A program made the translations under genes and the position numbers. Positions 13,389-26,922 of a stretch of 64,000 nt of DNA are shown piece by piece. Every line of letters starts with the position of its first letter. Positions within the stretch are counted from its first letter, which is position 1. The notes beneath the pieces are model-generated. The model had not been told where the DNA came from and searched no databases. It was given only the letters and a program-made list of their open reading frames with translations. The stretch comes from Cycas panzhihuaensis. Its lineage: Eukaryota; Plantae; Cycadophyta. Location of the stretch: NCBI GenBank assembly GCA_023213395.1, contig CM041465.1, forward strand, positions 173,855,741 through 173,919,740. The letters are read 5' to 3'.

Positions 13389-15510
13389 ATGACACCTAGG
13401 GCCAATTCGGTAAGGAAGGTTGAGACCAGACAAGAGAGAAGCCAGTGTTGGGAGGCGGAGAAAAGCCAGGAAGGCACCTGCAAACCCAAGGAACCGGTTG
13501 AAAAGAAGTCGGTTAAGAGAAAAGTCTTGAAGGGCCGACGGGAGCAAAGTCAGACCCCAAACGTGCGAGGGAGAGATAATCAAGAAAAAGAAAGCGTAAC
13601 AGAGGCCCAAGAGGAAAAGCAGGACTCACAAGTAGAAGATTCAAAGCAGACAAAAGATAAGGACTTGTAGATTTTTGAAGAGGAACACATTGCCCTAGAG
13701 GACGGAAAATCAATTAGTTTAGAGGTGTATAGCACCACCAAAGTAGGGAGGGATTGCTATATTGTGGAGGTCAAAGATTCCCATTCCCATGTATTAAACC
13801 CTTTGTTCAGTAGAATGACTGAAATATTTTCAGGGTCAACATTCTTGGGAGGAAGCCCAGAAAGTGCAAATCAGACAACCCCAAATCAAGGAGGAAGTGA
13901 AGAGGGAGGAGCAAGCACAGCAAGGAATATAAACAGAACTGGGCAGGGTGAACCAATTTCTTCAGGACCAATAAATATGATGCAAGGAAATGCAACAGGA
14001 GGAGGAAATCAGGCAAATTCTCAATATGTAATAGTTCAAAATGATGCAATGTTTGGGCATCTACAGTTTGATGGCTGAGGAAATCTTGGAGATCACTTGG
14101 CTTTATTTTCTAATATGCTGAAGATCAAGAAAATTAAGGATCCAGAGGAGATCAAGGCAAGATTTTTCTCCACATTGCGAGGAGCAGCAATAGCCTAGTA
14201 TCAATATGTGGCAAAGACAAATCCCACATGGGAAGTGGTGCAGACACAGTTTTTGGACAAATTCCAGAGACTAAGGGATCCAATGTCCATCTTTCAAGCC
14301 TTGGAGGAAATCTGGCAAGTACCAGGTGAGTCAGTGAATGATTTTGATGGTAGACTCTAGATTATTATGAACAAAATGGATCCTGCCATACCCCTGAATC
14401 CAATGTTGTCTTTGAAATATTTTGTCCAAGGACTGTTGCCCCATTTAAAGGAAAAAATTACATTTCATCCATTAAATAGCTATGAGCAAGTGAAAGAACT
14501 GGCTTTGCGGTTTGAAAATCAAATGAGGACAGGATATTTACAAACTGGAGTTCAGAACGTTGGGCAGATAGGCATGTCTCAATGGACAATACATCCAGAA
14601 GTTAAGGTCTTGAGAAAAGAAGTAGAATCACTGAAACAGCAATCCCTGATGGTGCCTTCTGGAGCAAGTTAGCAAAATGAGGAAATTGAAAATTTGAGGG
14701 CAAAAATAGCCAAAGTAAAAGTGGGAAAATCCCAAGAAAAATATCTGGTGTCCTCCCCCCTATGGACAGCTAGGACATTTTAGAAATGAACATTAGCAGA
14801 TAGAAAGACATTGGTGTGATATCTGCAAAAGGGGAAATCATTCTACATGGGAATGTTATTATAAGGCACCAGTAAGAGAATCATTCTATCAAAGGAAAGA
14901 GAATACTTCCTTTAAACAATATAAGGGAAAAACAAAACCGGTTCGTTGCCATCTATGTTCAACATGGGGACATTTTTGAACAGACTATCCATTGCAAAAA
15001 CAAGAAGGAGATTACATTTCTGAAGAATGTGTTCCGGCAGAACACGAATGGGCAAACTGCCCAAAGAATCCTAGCCTGAAAATACAAACCTCTAACTTGG
15101 TGACAAAAGTTCCAGATAAAGAATAGCCAGTTATATTCAGACAAGAAGTGGGAAGGTTACTGTTGCACCAGTTGTGGAAAATTTTCCCGATCCAGCAGTA
15201 AAAAGAAAAAGATTACAAGAAGTTGTCCAAGCCTTACAAGAGGCAACAAAAATAGTGCAGCAAGATGAAATGGGGCAAGACAATAGATTTAAAAGCCAAG
15301 TTTATCAGAGGCGACCAGTGATGCATGAAGAACAACTTGGGGAAAATCCTTGGCAAAAATTGCAAGAAAGGAAGGAGCTGTGGACTGAAGCAGGGATTTC
15401 TATTCCTGTTACTACAATTTTCAGGTGGTTGGAAGCTGGCTATTTTCAGCAAGTAATTCTAGACCAGATTGAAAAGCCTGTATTGCGAGCTTTTGAAAAC
15501 AGATTCAACT
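13389..15510 (+). pseudogene. gag: Element B gag
   Basis: QFDG..DHL..FFSTLRGAAIA, PGESVNDF, YFVQGLLPHLK, zinc knuckles at 14745-15060. Confidence 0.88.
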
Positions 15511-15548
15511 GATCCAAGAGGCCCCATGACTCTTTTTATTACAATGAT

Positions 15549-18500
15549 TTGCAAAACTATTGTAGATGGCGGGTCGGGAGTGAATGTATTGCCAGAAACC
15601 ACATGGATTTCATTGGGACGCCGAAAATGGTTTCCCCAGATTATGCGATTAGACTGGCCAATCAATTACAAGCTCGATCGATGGGATCCTTGCTGAATAT
15701 TCCAGTCATGGTGGCAGGAATTACAATGTGTTTAGATTTTGCAGTTGTGAGGATGCAAAATCATAATAAAACGTATCCTACACTCTTGGGAAGACCATGG
15801 TTACTTGCAACAAAAGCATTGCAAGATTGGAGAAGATTGACCTTTACCCTGCATCCTACAGGAAAGAAAGTAGTGTTACCTCTTTGCTCGGATGGACCCC
15901 ATGTAGAAAAGGTGGAAGATCTAGATACAGCGTCCACAACCACTGCCTCATCAGCCACTATAGTTAGTCCTTGTTCTGAAATGGCATTCCAAGTCTTAAA
16001 GACTGCTCCTCAGCTTCCAAGTGAAGCTTCATCAACCTATCTGTTGGACTGGTTGCAATCAGCATGGGAAGAAGTAGGAGATAGATCCTTAAATTGCTAC
16101 CTAATGGAGTTGTGCCCAAACAAACAACAGCAAGAACAGAATACAGAAGGTAATCTTGTAACTCAGGAGAAAAAAGAAAGCTATATAAAAAATCCTTCTT
16201 TCAATAAAATCCAAATTGATTGCTTGTACTTCTTGTCTAAAAGTTTGCCAGTAGAAAATTGTTTGGCTGAAATTTCTAAGTAGAGGAAGGTTCCTTCCTC
16301 TCCCGGGAATTGTTATCAAATAAATCAAGATGAAGTAAGGAATTTTCCAAAAACATATTCTGTTACAAAATATGGACAAAAAGAAATTTGTCAAGTTCTA
16401 GCCTATGGGTTTAATCCAGATAGGGAAACTATTCAAAAAAGAGAACTTCAATTAAAATCAATCAATGTTGGAACAGAAAAAGATCCTAAATGGATAAAAG
16501 TAGGGGACTATTGGGAGCCTGAAATGATGTAGAAGGCAATATCACTTTTTTGTGAATACAAGGATGTGTTCGCATGGTCCTATAAGGACCTATAGGGAAT
16601 CCCTCCAGAAGTCGGTGAGCATAAGATTGAATTGATAGAAAATGTGAAACCAGTAAGGCAGAGGCCTTACAGGATGAACCTGCGATACAAAGAACAAGTA
16701 AAAGCTAAGCTGAATAAATTGCTAGAAGTCGGATACATTTTTGAAGCAAAAAATAGTGAATGGGTAAGCCCAGTTGTGGTAGTACCCAAAAAGAATGGAA
16801 AACTTCGTGTATGTGTTGATTATAGGGCTTTAAATAAATCCACGAAGAAGGATCCATTTCCAATTCCCTTCACCGAAAACATACTGGAAAAAGTTTCAGG
16901 GCATGAGATATTCTCATTCACATATGTGTTCAGCAGGTACAATCAGGTTCGGATAGCACCTGAAGATCAATTGAAGACGACATTTGTCATTAAATGGGGC
17001 ACTTATGCCTATAAGGTTATGTCGTTTGGGCTAACAAATGCCCCAGTAACCTTTCAAAGAATCATTTTGAATATCTTTTGGAAGTTGATAGGAAAGGCAA
17101 TCGAAGTATTTTTGGATGATTGGACTTTGTATAGTCTTTTACAAGACCAATTGCTCCAATTGAGGCTAATGTTAGAATTGTGCAGGAAAAACAAATTATG
17201 CCTGAATCTTGACAAATGTACCTTTATGGTACCATTTGGATCCTTACTGGGACACATTGTCTCAAAAGAAGGATTAATGACTGATCCGACGAAGGTTGAA
17301 GTGATTTTGAAATTTCCTGTTCCCAAAAATCCAAAAAATCAGAAGGGATTCTTAGGAATGACTGAATATTATCAGAAATTTATAAGAGGATATGCCCAAA
17401 TTGCCTATCCTTTGGAATCATTATTGAAGAAGGCAAACAAATGGGAGTGGACAATGCAGCAACAATTGTCCTTTGATGCTTTGAAGAAAAAACATAGTGG
17501 AAGGCCCTATGCTTAAATTCCCAGATTGGAACAAACCGTTCCATGTGCATGTGGATGCCTCATTGTACGCCATTGGATGTGTATTAGCCCAACCAGCTGA
17601 TGAAAAAATAAATCTTCCCATTGCCTTTGCAAGTCGGAAATTAACTCCTGCTGAATGTAACTATACAGTTACGGAGCGAGAAGGGTTAGGCATGGTGTAT
17701 GCCTTACAAAAGTTCTGACATTATCTGCTAGCTAATCCGTTTGTATTTTTTGTTGATCATCAGGCTTTGCAGTATTTAATTAGTAAACCAATCCTGCAAG
17801 GCAGGATTAGTCGTTGGCTAATGTTTTTCCAGGAGTTCATGTTTAAAATTGTAGTGAAAAAAGGTGATAAGCACGTGATACCAAACCAATTATCTAGAAT
17901 AAAAGAAGGAGAATCAAGTATTGGAATATTTGATGATTTTCCGGACCACAAGTTGTTTTCCATTGAAGTTGTTCCATCCTCGTATGAAAGAATTGCAAAA
18001 TACTTATCCACAGGGCAAACACCTAGGGGACTGGAAAAGGCAGAAAGAAGGAGTTCCATCAAGAAAGTCTTTCCTTTCCAATTAATAGGCGGTATGTTAT
18101 GTAAGCTAGGGCCAGATGAAGTTCGGCAAAGATGCATATTGCAACATGAAGTACCATCAATATTAAGGGAAGCACATGAAGGGATAGCTTCAACCCATCA
18201 TGGAGGAGAGGCCACGGCCCGGAAGATATTGGAAGTAGGATTATGGTGGCTGACATTGTTTGAAGATGCTGAGAAATGGGTGAAATCTTTCGATATCTAT
18301 CAGCGAACTGGTAAACCTTCTAAACAAAATTATCTGCCCCTACATCCTTTTTTGGCCCAAGCTCCATTTGAAAAGTGGGGGCTAGATTTTGTGGGACCAA
18401 TTAGCCCCCGGCAGCAAGGACTAATGCCCGATATATATTAGTAGCCACTGATTTCCTAACTAAATAAGCAGAAGTCAAACCTATGAAGAATTGTGATGCA

Positions 18501-19230
18501 AGAAGCACAGCTCGTTTCTTGTATGAAGTCATTATAGTAAGGTTTGGTTGTCCCTCGGAAATTATATCGAATCAAGGAGGAAGCTTTTTAAATCAGACAA
18601 TAAAATATTTGACATCAGAATTTCTGATACAGCATGGCAAATCATCGCCATATTATCCTAGAGCAAATGGCCAAGTAGCAAGTACAAATAAAATTTTGAA
18701 AATAGCTCTAATGAAGATCTGTAATGCACAACGAACAGATTGGGCGAAAATGTTGCATTCGGTTCTATGGGCAGACAGAACAATGAGAAAAAGATCGCAT
18801 AAGCATACCCCATTTCAACTTGCTTATGGACTGGAAGATGTGGTTCCCCTAGAATTTCAAGCAGAAAGTCTGAGGGTGGCTCAACACTTAAGATTGGAAC
18901 CTGAAATTTCTTATGACCAGAGGCTAATACAATTAATGAGATTGGACAAAACTCGAGCTCAAGCCTTTTGGGAGTTGTAGGTAGAGAAGAAAAGGCGCAA
19001 AGCTTGGCATGATTGTCATCTCAAAAAACCTGAGTATAAGGTAAATGATTTGGTCTTATTATATGATAGCAAGTTTAAAATTAAACCAAGTAAAACGAAA
19101 ATAAGGTGGTTGGGACCTTATCGAGTTAATCATATTTATGAGAATGGAGCTGTTAGGTTGCAGCAATTAGATGGTCAGCCATTGACCAGATTGATCAATG
19201 GCAGCAAAATAAAATTATACAAAATATTAA
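15549..19230 (+). pseudogene. pol: Element B pol (PR, RT, RNase H, integrase) with stops and frameshifts
   Basis: VDGGSGVN, YPTLLGRPWL, KKNGKLRVCVDYR, FLDDW, VDAS..IG.VL, EREGL, WGLDFVGPI, PYYPRANGQ, WLGPY. Confidence 0.96.
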
Positions 19231-19858
19231 AAAAAAAAAAAAAAAAAGAGCACCAACAACCAAGGGACAAGATCTCTTCAAGAAATGATCGGAATGTGTA
19301 AGGTAATCATAACAGTAATCAATGATAACCATCACTGATTGGTACGACTATGCACAACATGGACATAACAAATGAACGTGGTGAGGAAGGACGGGATGTG
19401 ACAATGCAGACATGATGATTGGATGCCACAATAAAGACAGCACAACGTGGATGTGGCAACGTGGACATCATAATGAGGACGGAGAAACGTGGATGTGACA
19501 GTTATCGGAGCGCTTCAATAATTGAAGCAACACCCATCGCTGCAAGGTATGGTACCACCAAATGAAATGATGGAACAGTCACATTAAGATTGCTTTTCTG
19601 GAAGGAGATACGACAATAGGCAATTGCAGCGCAGAATTAAAAGATGTGAGCAGACATTTCGGCTACGAGATACAGCATTTCAATGGTAAAGATATCCGCA
19701 GCGCAGGATTTGAGCAAGTGTGGTAATGAATCACAGTAGCAAGGAAGTAAGTAGAGTAAACAAGTGCGACAAGGAACAAAGCACCAACAGAGATACGACT
19801 GCAGGCAATTCCAGTACGGGAGTAAGAAACAAGTAAGCGCGGTAGAAGACAGACGATA

Positions 19859-21598
19859 ATGGCAAAGACAATATTGTTTAAAGAAAATGATGACCTGCAT
19901 ATTAGGACTGAATCGCAAGTTATGAGCGAAGTGGACATGAGGAAAAAACTATTAACAAAAGCCACGTTGCACAGATATATAATGGTAGGCACCTTCCTTG
20001 GTTTAGTTAAATTTTTGAATAATGTAATTCCATTGTTGGCTGAACATCCAAAAATTTTACAAGTTTCTAAGGAATCCATAGCAGCATTAACGGGACTCCC
20101 TAAGGAAGGTAAAATGGTGAGGCGGGATACCCAAATATCCCGAGAAGAAGCTGCTAAATTGATTGGAGCAAGTACTAAAGACACTTCAACCTCAGGTATT
20201 CGAATTGCAGGAATCCAATCTCCCGAAAAGAGATTTTTGGCTCATTTTATATTTACTAGGATAATATTGAATCAAAAGAATCTATTTGTGCCAACAAATT
20301 TAAGAATAATGATCAACAAGGTGGCTCAAGGTATGCGCTTCAATAGGGCAAATCTTGTAGCAGGGAGGTTCATACAAAATCTACAAACAATACAAGAAAC
20401 GGCCAAAACTGTCACTTTTTATCATGTGACACTTTTACAGGGATTACTTATCTCGCAGATTCTAGAAATAATAATGCCTTCACCAAAGGAGGAGCAAGCC
20501 CCCTTAGCCTGTTGGACCAATAGTGGTATCAACTGTGAGAAATGGGGAGAAATACAAAATAAAATTCAAGATTGGGTGCAAAGACAATATACATTGAGAA
20601 CAGTGGTGGTTGAGATCAAAGAGCATGTAGAAGAAGTCAACATTCAGGGAGAGGAAGGAAATGGAGTTCCACACGAAAACAGGGAAACAGAAGAAGAAGA
20701 GAAGATAGGAATAAAACTGCCAGAATGATAGGCAGAAGGAGGAAAAGATAAGGGAAAGAAGGAGCTACCAAAGGAAGAGGCAGCAGAAGAGAAAAAAGAT
20801 GAGAGGGAAAAAAATAGAGGCAGAAGCAGAAAAGGGAAAAAGGAAGCAAGACATTCAGGAAGAAAAAGAAACAGAAAGTGAATTCCAAAGACAAAAGCGA
20901 GTAAGATTGGCCCGGGAGAAAAAGAAAAAGGAAATTATAGAGCAAATAGAAAAATAGCCACCAGAAGTTGAGTATAATGTGGACAAAGAGATACTGGAGA
21001 AGGGATTAGATCCCATGAAATGTGATCCTCAAGACGTATCCAATTGGAGAACCTCTTTTTTGGCCAAGCTAACTAGACAACTAGTTACAGAGTTAGAAAA
21101 CAGAACCAAACCACTGGAAGAGTCATTAAAACTAGCTCACCAAGTGACTGAGAAAAAATTAGAATCTTTTAAAAAGTTTATAATGGAACGGGTTGATGAT
21201 GTAGATAAAGTAGGTCCTCAATTATAGCAATTTAAAGAGAGATTTAACCAATACATTCCAGGAGATATGCAGCCAGTATATCGCAGGTTGAGAGCATGGA
21301 TTCTGAAATCATATGAGCAATCGGAGCACTATAGAACACTGTGGAAAGAACGGTATGCATATCGACAAGAATTGGAACTCGTGCAGAGGGTTAACACTGA
21401 ATTGAATTAAGAAATTGAGCAATTACATTCAGGAGAAATGCCTACACTTTCATTGTTGGATACAATGCGAGACATAGTTCTATTGTGTGAATATTTGAAA
21501 CAAAATGGGTTAAGACTACCCCCTCAAATTGTAAGGCCAGACATGGAGTATATTCGAAGAGAAAAAGCAAAAATTATAGAAAATTAGATGAGGAAATG
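19859..21598 (+). pseudogene. Element B ORF3 accessory protein (TGLP-motif domain, E/K-rich linker, coiled-coil C-terminus)
   Basis: 289-aa open frame containing IAALTGLPKEG..TSGIRIA..FNRANLVA, followed by disrupted continuation up to the 3' UTR. Confidence 0.75.
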
Positions 21599-21674
21599 AA
21601 AGTAGAAAGTTTTGTTCTTTTTTTTGAAATTTTGGAATGAGTATGCTACTCGTTCAAACTAGCTGCAGGGGAGA

Positions 21675-22200
21675 TGTGTGCAGCTAAAATACTTACTTGT
21701 TTTGAGTAGATGAAGTGCAACCAGACCTTGGTATAAGTGCAATTGGGCTGATACGAGTGCAACTAGGACTGAGGATAAGTGCAACCAGACCTGGACAGAT
21801 GCGGTTAAGTGCAACCAGCGCTAACAGCAAGTGCAACCAGGACTAACGACAAAGCAGTGCAACCCGGGCAGGGGATAATGCAACCAGGGCAGCAATCAGT
21901 AATTCGGGCAGCATTAGTTAGAATTTGTAATTAAAAGTTAACAAAGTAGTTATGTAAGCGTAATCAGAGATGATGTATAAAAGAAGAAGTAAAGACAGAA
22001 TACATATGAATCATTGTAAATCCTTGTAGGTTGTCTAGTCTGTGGATGTAATTGTCCAGGCCTGCATCTGGTTGTGAGAGGACCAGATTCAGCGCCCTTC
22101 TTATAATGAAGTTGGTTGTTTGGGCTCCAAACTGTGTCTTTTTCTTTGGATTATGGTTCTTTGAATGCATGTAATTCAACCTAAGAGAAAGACACACACA
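21675..22200 (+). repeat. Element B 3' LTR (PPT AGGGGAGA at 21667-21674)
   Basis: Colinear with the 5' LTR. Confidence 0.96.
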
Positions 22201-22790
22201 GTTTGCAATCAACTTTCAGACTTAGGTTCGACCCACCCCAAAACTTATTAATTGCAGGATTTTTGGTAGGAGAATGCCCTAGCAAGCATCTCCCCAGGTG
22301 CAGACGGGTGTGAAAGCATTGGAACATTCCTAAGCTACATTGAAGCCACATTTTTATCCATACATTGGGAACTTTAGCGAAAACACGGTTCTTAAAGCAA
22401 GAACAAGTCCAACTAGTAGCATGGGAAGAGATAGAGCATTTGTTCACCAAAGCCTTTTCATACTCTTCCAATAACCAAGTAATCCACAAAGTAGCAAAAA
22501 ATATAAAGAATATAAGTAGGGGAGTAGAAAAAAATTTAATGTCAATTGAAAGCATTAAAGATACGGAATACAACGACAATGAAGAGAAGGGGGAGAGAGA
22601 GAAGAGGCGCAAAACCTACCTCCGAAATACACAAAATTAAAATATGGGCAACGAGATATAGAGGACACACCTGCCCACCAAATGGGAAAAAGAAATACAA
22701 CGCGGGGAACCCAAAACAACCCAAATAAACCTTGGGACAGAGACAGACCCCAAAAACATTACTATCAGTAACTACTAGGACGAGAAAACA

Positions 22791-24438
22791 ATGACAGAAG
22801 CTCAAGCACTATTCGAAAAGTATCGAGATGTTTTCGCCTCATCTTACAAGGACCTCAAGGGAATCCCACTTGAAATTGGGATGCACCATATCGATCTAAT
22901 TGAGGGGGCAAAACTAGTGAAACAAAGGCCTTACAGAATGAATCCACGATACAAGGGGAAAGTGAAAGCAAAGATAGACAAGATGTTAGAAGCAGGATAT
23001 ATATACGAGATTGAATATAGTGGTCAGGTAAGTCATGTCGTGGTCATACCCAAGAAAAATGGAAAAATCCGAGCGTGCATAGATTACCAACATCTCAACA
23101 AAGTCACCAAGAAGGACCCCTTCCTGATTCCTTTCACAAAAGATATTCTAAAGACTGTAGGGGGGAAGGAAGTTTATTCCTTCATAGGCAGATTCAGTGG
23201 GTATAATCAGATGAGCATTGCACCTAAGGACCAACACAAGACTACCTTCATAACTGAATGGGGGACCTATGCATATCGAGTTATGTCATCTGGACTTATG
23301 AACGCCCCAACGACTTTCCAAAGGATCGTACTCAATATATTCAGGAAACTAATTTGGGAAACAATTATCGTATTTCTGGACGATTGGACTCTATACAATA
23401 TAATGAAGAACCACATAGAAAACACGCAAAGGAAAATCTTAACAACCGGATTATGGTGGCCGACCTTGTTCGAAGATGTAAAGAATTGGGTCAAAAAATG
23501 CGACCATTACCAAAGGGTAGGGAAACCTAATCGATGAGATTTCAATCCCTTAACCCCAACCCTTCCCTTGGCACCCATTGAGAAATGGGGTTCAGATTTT
23601 ATTGGGCCTATCAAACCGGCAGTGAGAAGAACGCAAGCCCACTATATTTTGGTAGCCACAGATTATGCCACAAAATGGGTGGAAGCCATGCCATTACGAA
23701 AGGCAGATGCAACCAGTACGGCCAAAATTCTCTACGAGGTCATCATCACCATATTTGAATGTCCTATCGAGTTGATCATTGATCAAGGAGCCCACTTTAT
23801 CAACGAGGTGATCAAAGAATTAACAGAAACATTCCTAATCACTCATCATAAATCCACACCGTACTACCCTCGTGCGAATGGGCAAGCAGAAAGCTCTAGT
23901 AAGATCCTGGAGAATTGTTTACAAAAGGTGTGCGATATTAGTAGATCCGATTGGGCAGAGAAACTACCTTCTGTCCTAAGGGCATTCCGCACCACATGCA
24001 AACAAGCCATGGGACACACTCCATTTAAGTTAGTGTATGGGATGGAAACCATACTCCCCATCGAGTTCCAGATACCCAGTTTGAGGATTGCCTTAGCTTG
24101 TCGATTGGACAACACTGAATCTTTACGAGAACACCTATGGCAATTGATTCAACTTGACGAGGATAGACAAAAGTCATAATGGCTACAGGAGATCGAGAAA
24201 ACAAGATAGAAGGCGTGGCACGATTGCCACCTCAAATGCCCTCAGTTCGAAAAAGGAGAACAAGTCCTACTATATGATAGCAAATTCCACACCAATCCCG
24301 AAAAACTAAAACCACGATGGTTGGGACCCTACCAAGTGGAAAAGATTTATCCTAACAGATCAGTTCAACTACAAGAAGTGAACGGTTATAAACTGCCTAC
24401 CCTACTCAATGGCAGTTAGTTGAAAAAATATCACCATT
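22791..24438 (+). pseudogene. pol: Element A RT N-terminal half fused by deletion to integrase
   Basis: RT up to FLDDW then directly TQRKIL..GLWWPTLF (integrase zinc domain); INT core WGSDFIGPI, PYYPRANGQ, WLGPY. Confidence 0.92.
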
Positions 24439-25026
24439 AAAGCATACCCCTCCAATACGAGTCAACTGGATGTATAATACATATTGCATGAAGTTGCAAA
24501 CAACTATAGTTGTCATAGTACTGGTACAAAGACTCGACACCAATGCATAAACATAAAAAATCCTTACAAAAAAACTAAAAAACGGAAAAAAACTAACCGT
24601 AACTCGCAAAAATTATACACCTAGACAAAAGTCAAAGAGAATTATACCTTGCATCCCAAATTCAGAATGTAAACAAGCAAAGAAATCCAGTACAATATGA
24701 TACGTTCCTCACAGGGGACGGAAGAGACAGAAACTGGCCAAAAATTGGAACCGTTCCAAAAATGGAACGGATTGAACTGCATGTGTTCCCAGACAGGAAT
24801 GCAACCCAAACGAATGAAAAAAAAAAAAGTGTATTATAAGTAGCAGAACCCTAGAATCATTCCGACATTCGAACGCATGAAGGAAATGAGAGCAATATCT
24901 GACCCTAAAGAGGCAGCCACTTCAATCGTCTGAACCGAGGCATACGTCCGACAAAAAGGTGTAACTCCGTCGAAAGGATCCATTGTTGAATCTTGTTTTT
25001 TTCATACATTCCCCTTCGGCCACAGG

Positions 25027-26101
25027 ATGAAAATTGCAAGTATCTAGGAGACCTATTTGCCAAAACTCCAGGGAGAATTCAAGGAGTTACGGATAATTTC
25101 AGGGCAAGAATTAAACAAGCTGGATGGGAGGATTTTGTTATAATGCCTCCTCTGTATTGGGACCCAGAAATCATGGAGGAAATCATCATAGTCGTAAAAT
25201 GGAACAGGGAAAAGGTTAAGATAGATGTGGCAGCCATTCATGAGATTACAGGGTTATCCAAGGAAGGAGAAACCCCCACGGTTACAAAGAAATCAAAGGT
25301 AGACTGAGAGACATGCAAAAGGGAGCTATGTGCCTTACATACTCAGGTTTACTCCGGGGGCATAAGAATTGTGGATATCTTAGATAGGAAATTATAGTGG
25401 GCTGCTAAAGTTCTGGTATCCAAATTTTCATTAAAGCAGAAGCATACATATATTCTTGGAGGATTAGTACCCCTACTTTCAGCATTACGAGATGGGATAA
25501 AAATGAACTGATGTGAGTTCTTGGCCAACAGCATAGAGCTACTGTTTCCGGAACTTCAAACCCACCTCTTTAGACAACCATCATTATTATTGGCTTTATT
25601 ATTCCAGCAGTGCCCAGATATTAATCTCCCTTCCTTACCTATCCAACCTGGGCAACCTATGATAAAGAAATAGATTAATATTATGCCAAGCAGTACCCAA
25701 GATCCAGGAGTGAAGCGATAGGTCAAAGCGGAGATGGCCAAAGTATTGAAATGGCTACAGTATAAACCAAGGACCTCCTTTCCACTTCGCCAAAAGCAGG
25801 CAACCAAAAGAGGTACCAAAAGGAGTAGAGGACAACAAGAAGTTGAGAAGCTACCAAAGGAACGGGAAACGGAGCTCCCACCCATAGTTACAAAACCAGG
25901 GGAAGGTTCCTCACAGACGTCCTTAAGTGAAAAGGGTACGCAAATCATCCAGTTATTACAGGAATTAGAACAAGGGTACAAGGCACACATATTGCAGTTG
26001 CAGAAGAAGATTAAGGAGAAAGATGTGATAATAGCCACCCTGATATAGATAAACGAAGTCATGTTGAGAAACATTGAACCATCAAAAGAACCAGGACTGT
26101 A
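25027..26101 (+). pseudogene. Element A ORF3 (disrupted), homologue of the element C ORF
   Basis: IKQAGW, PLYWDPEIME, EITGL, KVLKWLQ, EGYKA..LQ.KIKEKD.IIATL align with 44281-45351. Confidence 0.88.
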
Positions 26102-26212
26102 GGAGCAGCCCTAATTACAAAAAGCGGGCAGGGGGAAGCCAAGAAGAACAATATTTTAAAAATTTTTGAATTGAGCACGGATGCTCAACCATTTTTGTTG
26201 ACCCTGCATAGA

Positions 26213-26917
26213 TGTTGCAATTATATTTGACACATGTGCGTCCATTAGAGGGAATGTACGACGAAAACCAAATAAAACAGTGGATATTTTACAGGGCAAC
26301 CATTCAACATGTATTCGGAACAAAGAACGGATGAAACAAAGTGTAGAAAACAGTTCATCCTGCCGCAGGAATGGATGATGAACACAGGGACGCACCAAGC
26401 AGAAAAAGGAACGATTGCAGCATAGTAGAGGAACAAAGGATGAAACGTGTGTAACACGTGGACAATCGTACGTGTTAAGGAACGAATTAGAGGTTAACAA
26501 AGTATAGTTAAGGACTGAAGAGGCGTCCATTCGGAACAGTTGTGATTGTTAGTCGCAATCGTTCCGTAACAAGGACGCACCATGTATTTAAACACATCCA
26601 ATTGTTGGAATGGATGTGAGAGCTGAGTGAGTGATTTCATTGGTACCCGATCTGGTACGATTGACCAATCAGACCTGTACGGATTATATGTGATGTACTA
26701 ATTGACTATTGCCTAATGGAATAATAGAGTTACGTGGAAAAGCATGTGTACTCACTAAGAAATGCATGGCGATTGTATGTGTATAAGCTTATCTGTGGAC
26801 TTATGTGGCCTAATAAATGAAGATTATGTATGTTGACCACGTGCACACACCCTAGACTACAATGGAAACCCTTGACAAGTGAAGATCTTGCAGTAGAGAG
26901 CAGATTTGAAGTCAACA
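26213..26917 (+). repeat. Element A 3' LTR
   Basis: Colinear with the 5' LTR; followed by the TSD. Confidence 0.95.
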
Positions 26918-26922
26918 AATCA

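Larger units (their letters stand above)
12763..22200 (+). mobile_element. Element B: structurally complete non-chromoviral Ty3/gypsy with ORF3 (9.4 kb), nested in A
   Basis: LTRs 12763-13313 and 21675-22200; TSD GTTTG (12758-12762, 22201-22205); PBS, gag-PR-RT-RH-INT, ORF3, PPT. Confidence 0.97.
12577..22457 (+). pseudogene. Element A extra tandem capsid-like domains between PR and RT (coding parts 12577-12762 and 22206-22457, split by B)
   Basis: LPSFSG..KHL..FVTTLHDHARWWY..(W)ESLQSTFRLRF then F..GECPSKHL..FIHTLGTLAKTRF..WEEIEHLFTKAF; in frame once B and one TSD copy are removed. Confidence 0.7.
8426..26917 (+). mobile_element. Element A: non-chromoviral Ty3/gypsy with ORF3, carrying nested element B
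   Basis: Paired LTRs 8426-9144 and 26213-26917 (TG..CA); TSD AATCA (8421-8425, 26918-26922); gag-PR-RT-INT order; no chromodomain. Confidence 0.96.

Noticed and set aside
19229-19248. Poly(A) run as the tail of a retroposed insertion
   Set aside because: No TSD or upstream foreign sequence; A-rich runs also follow integrase in A and H.
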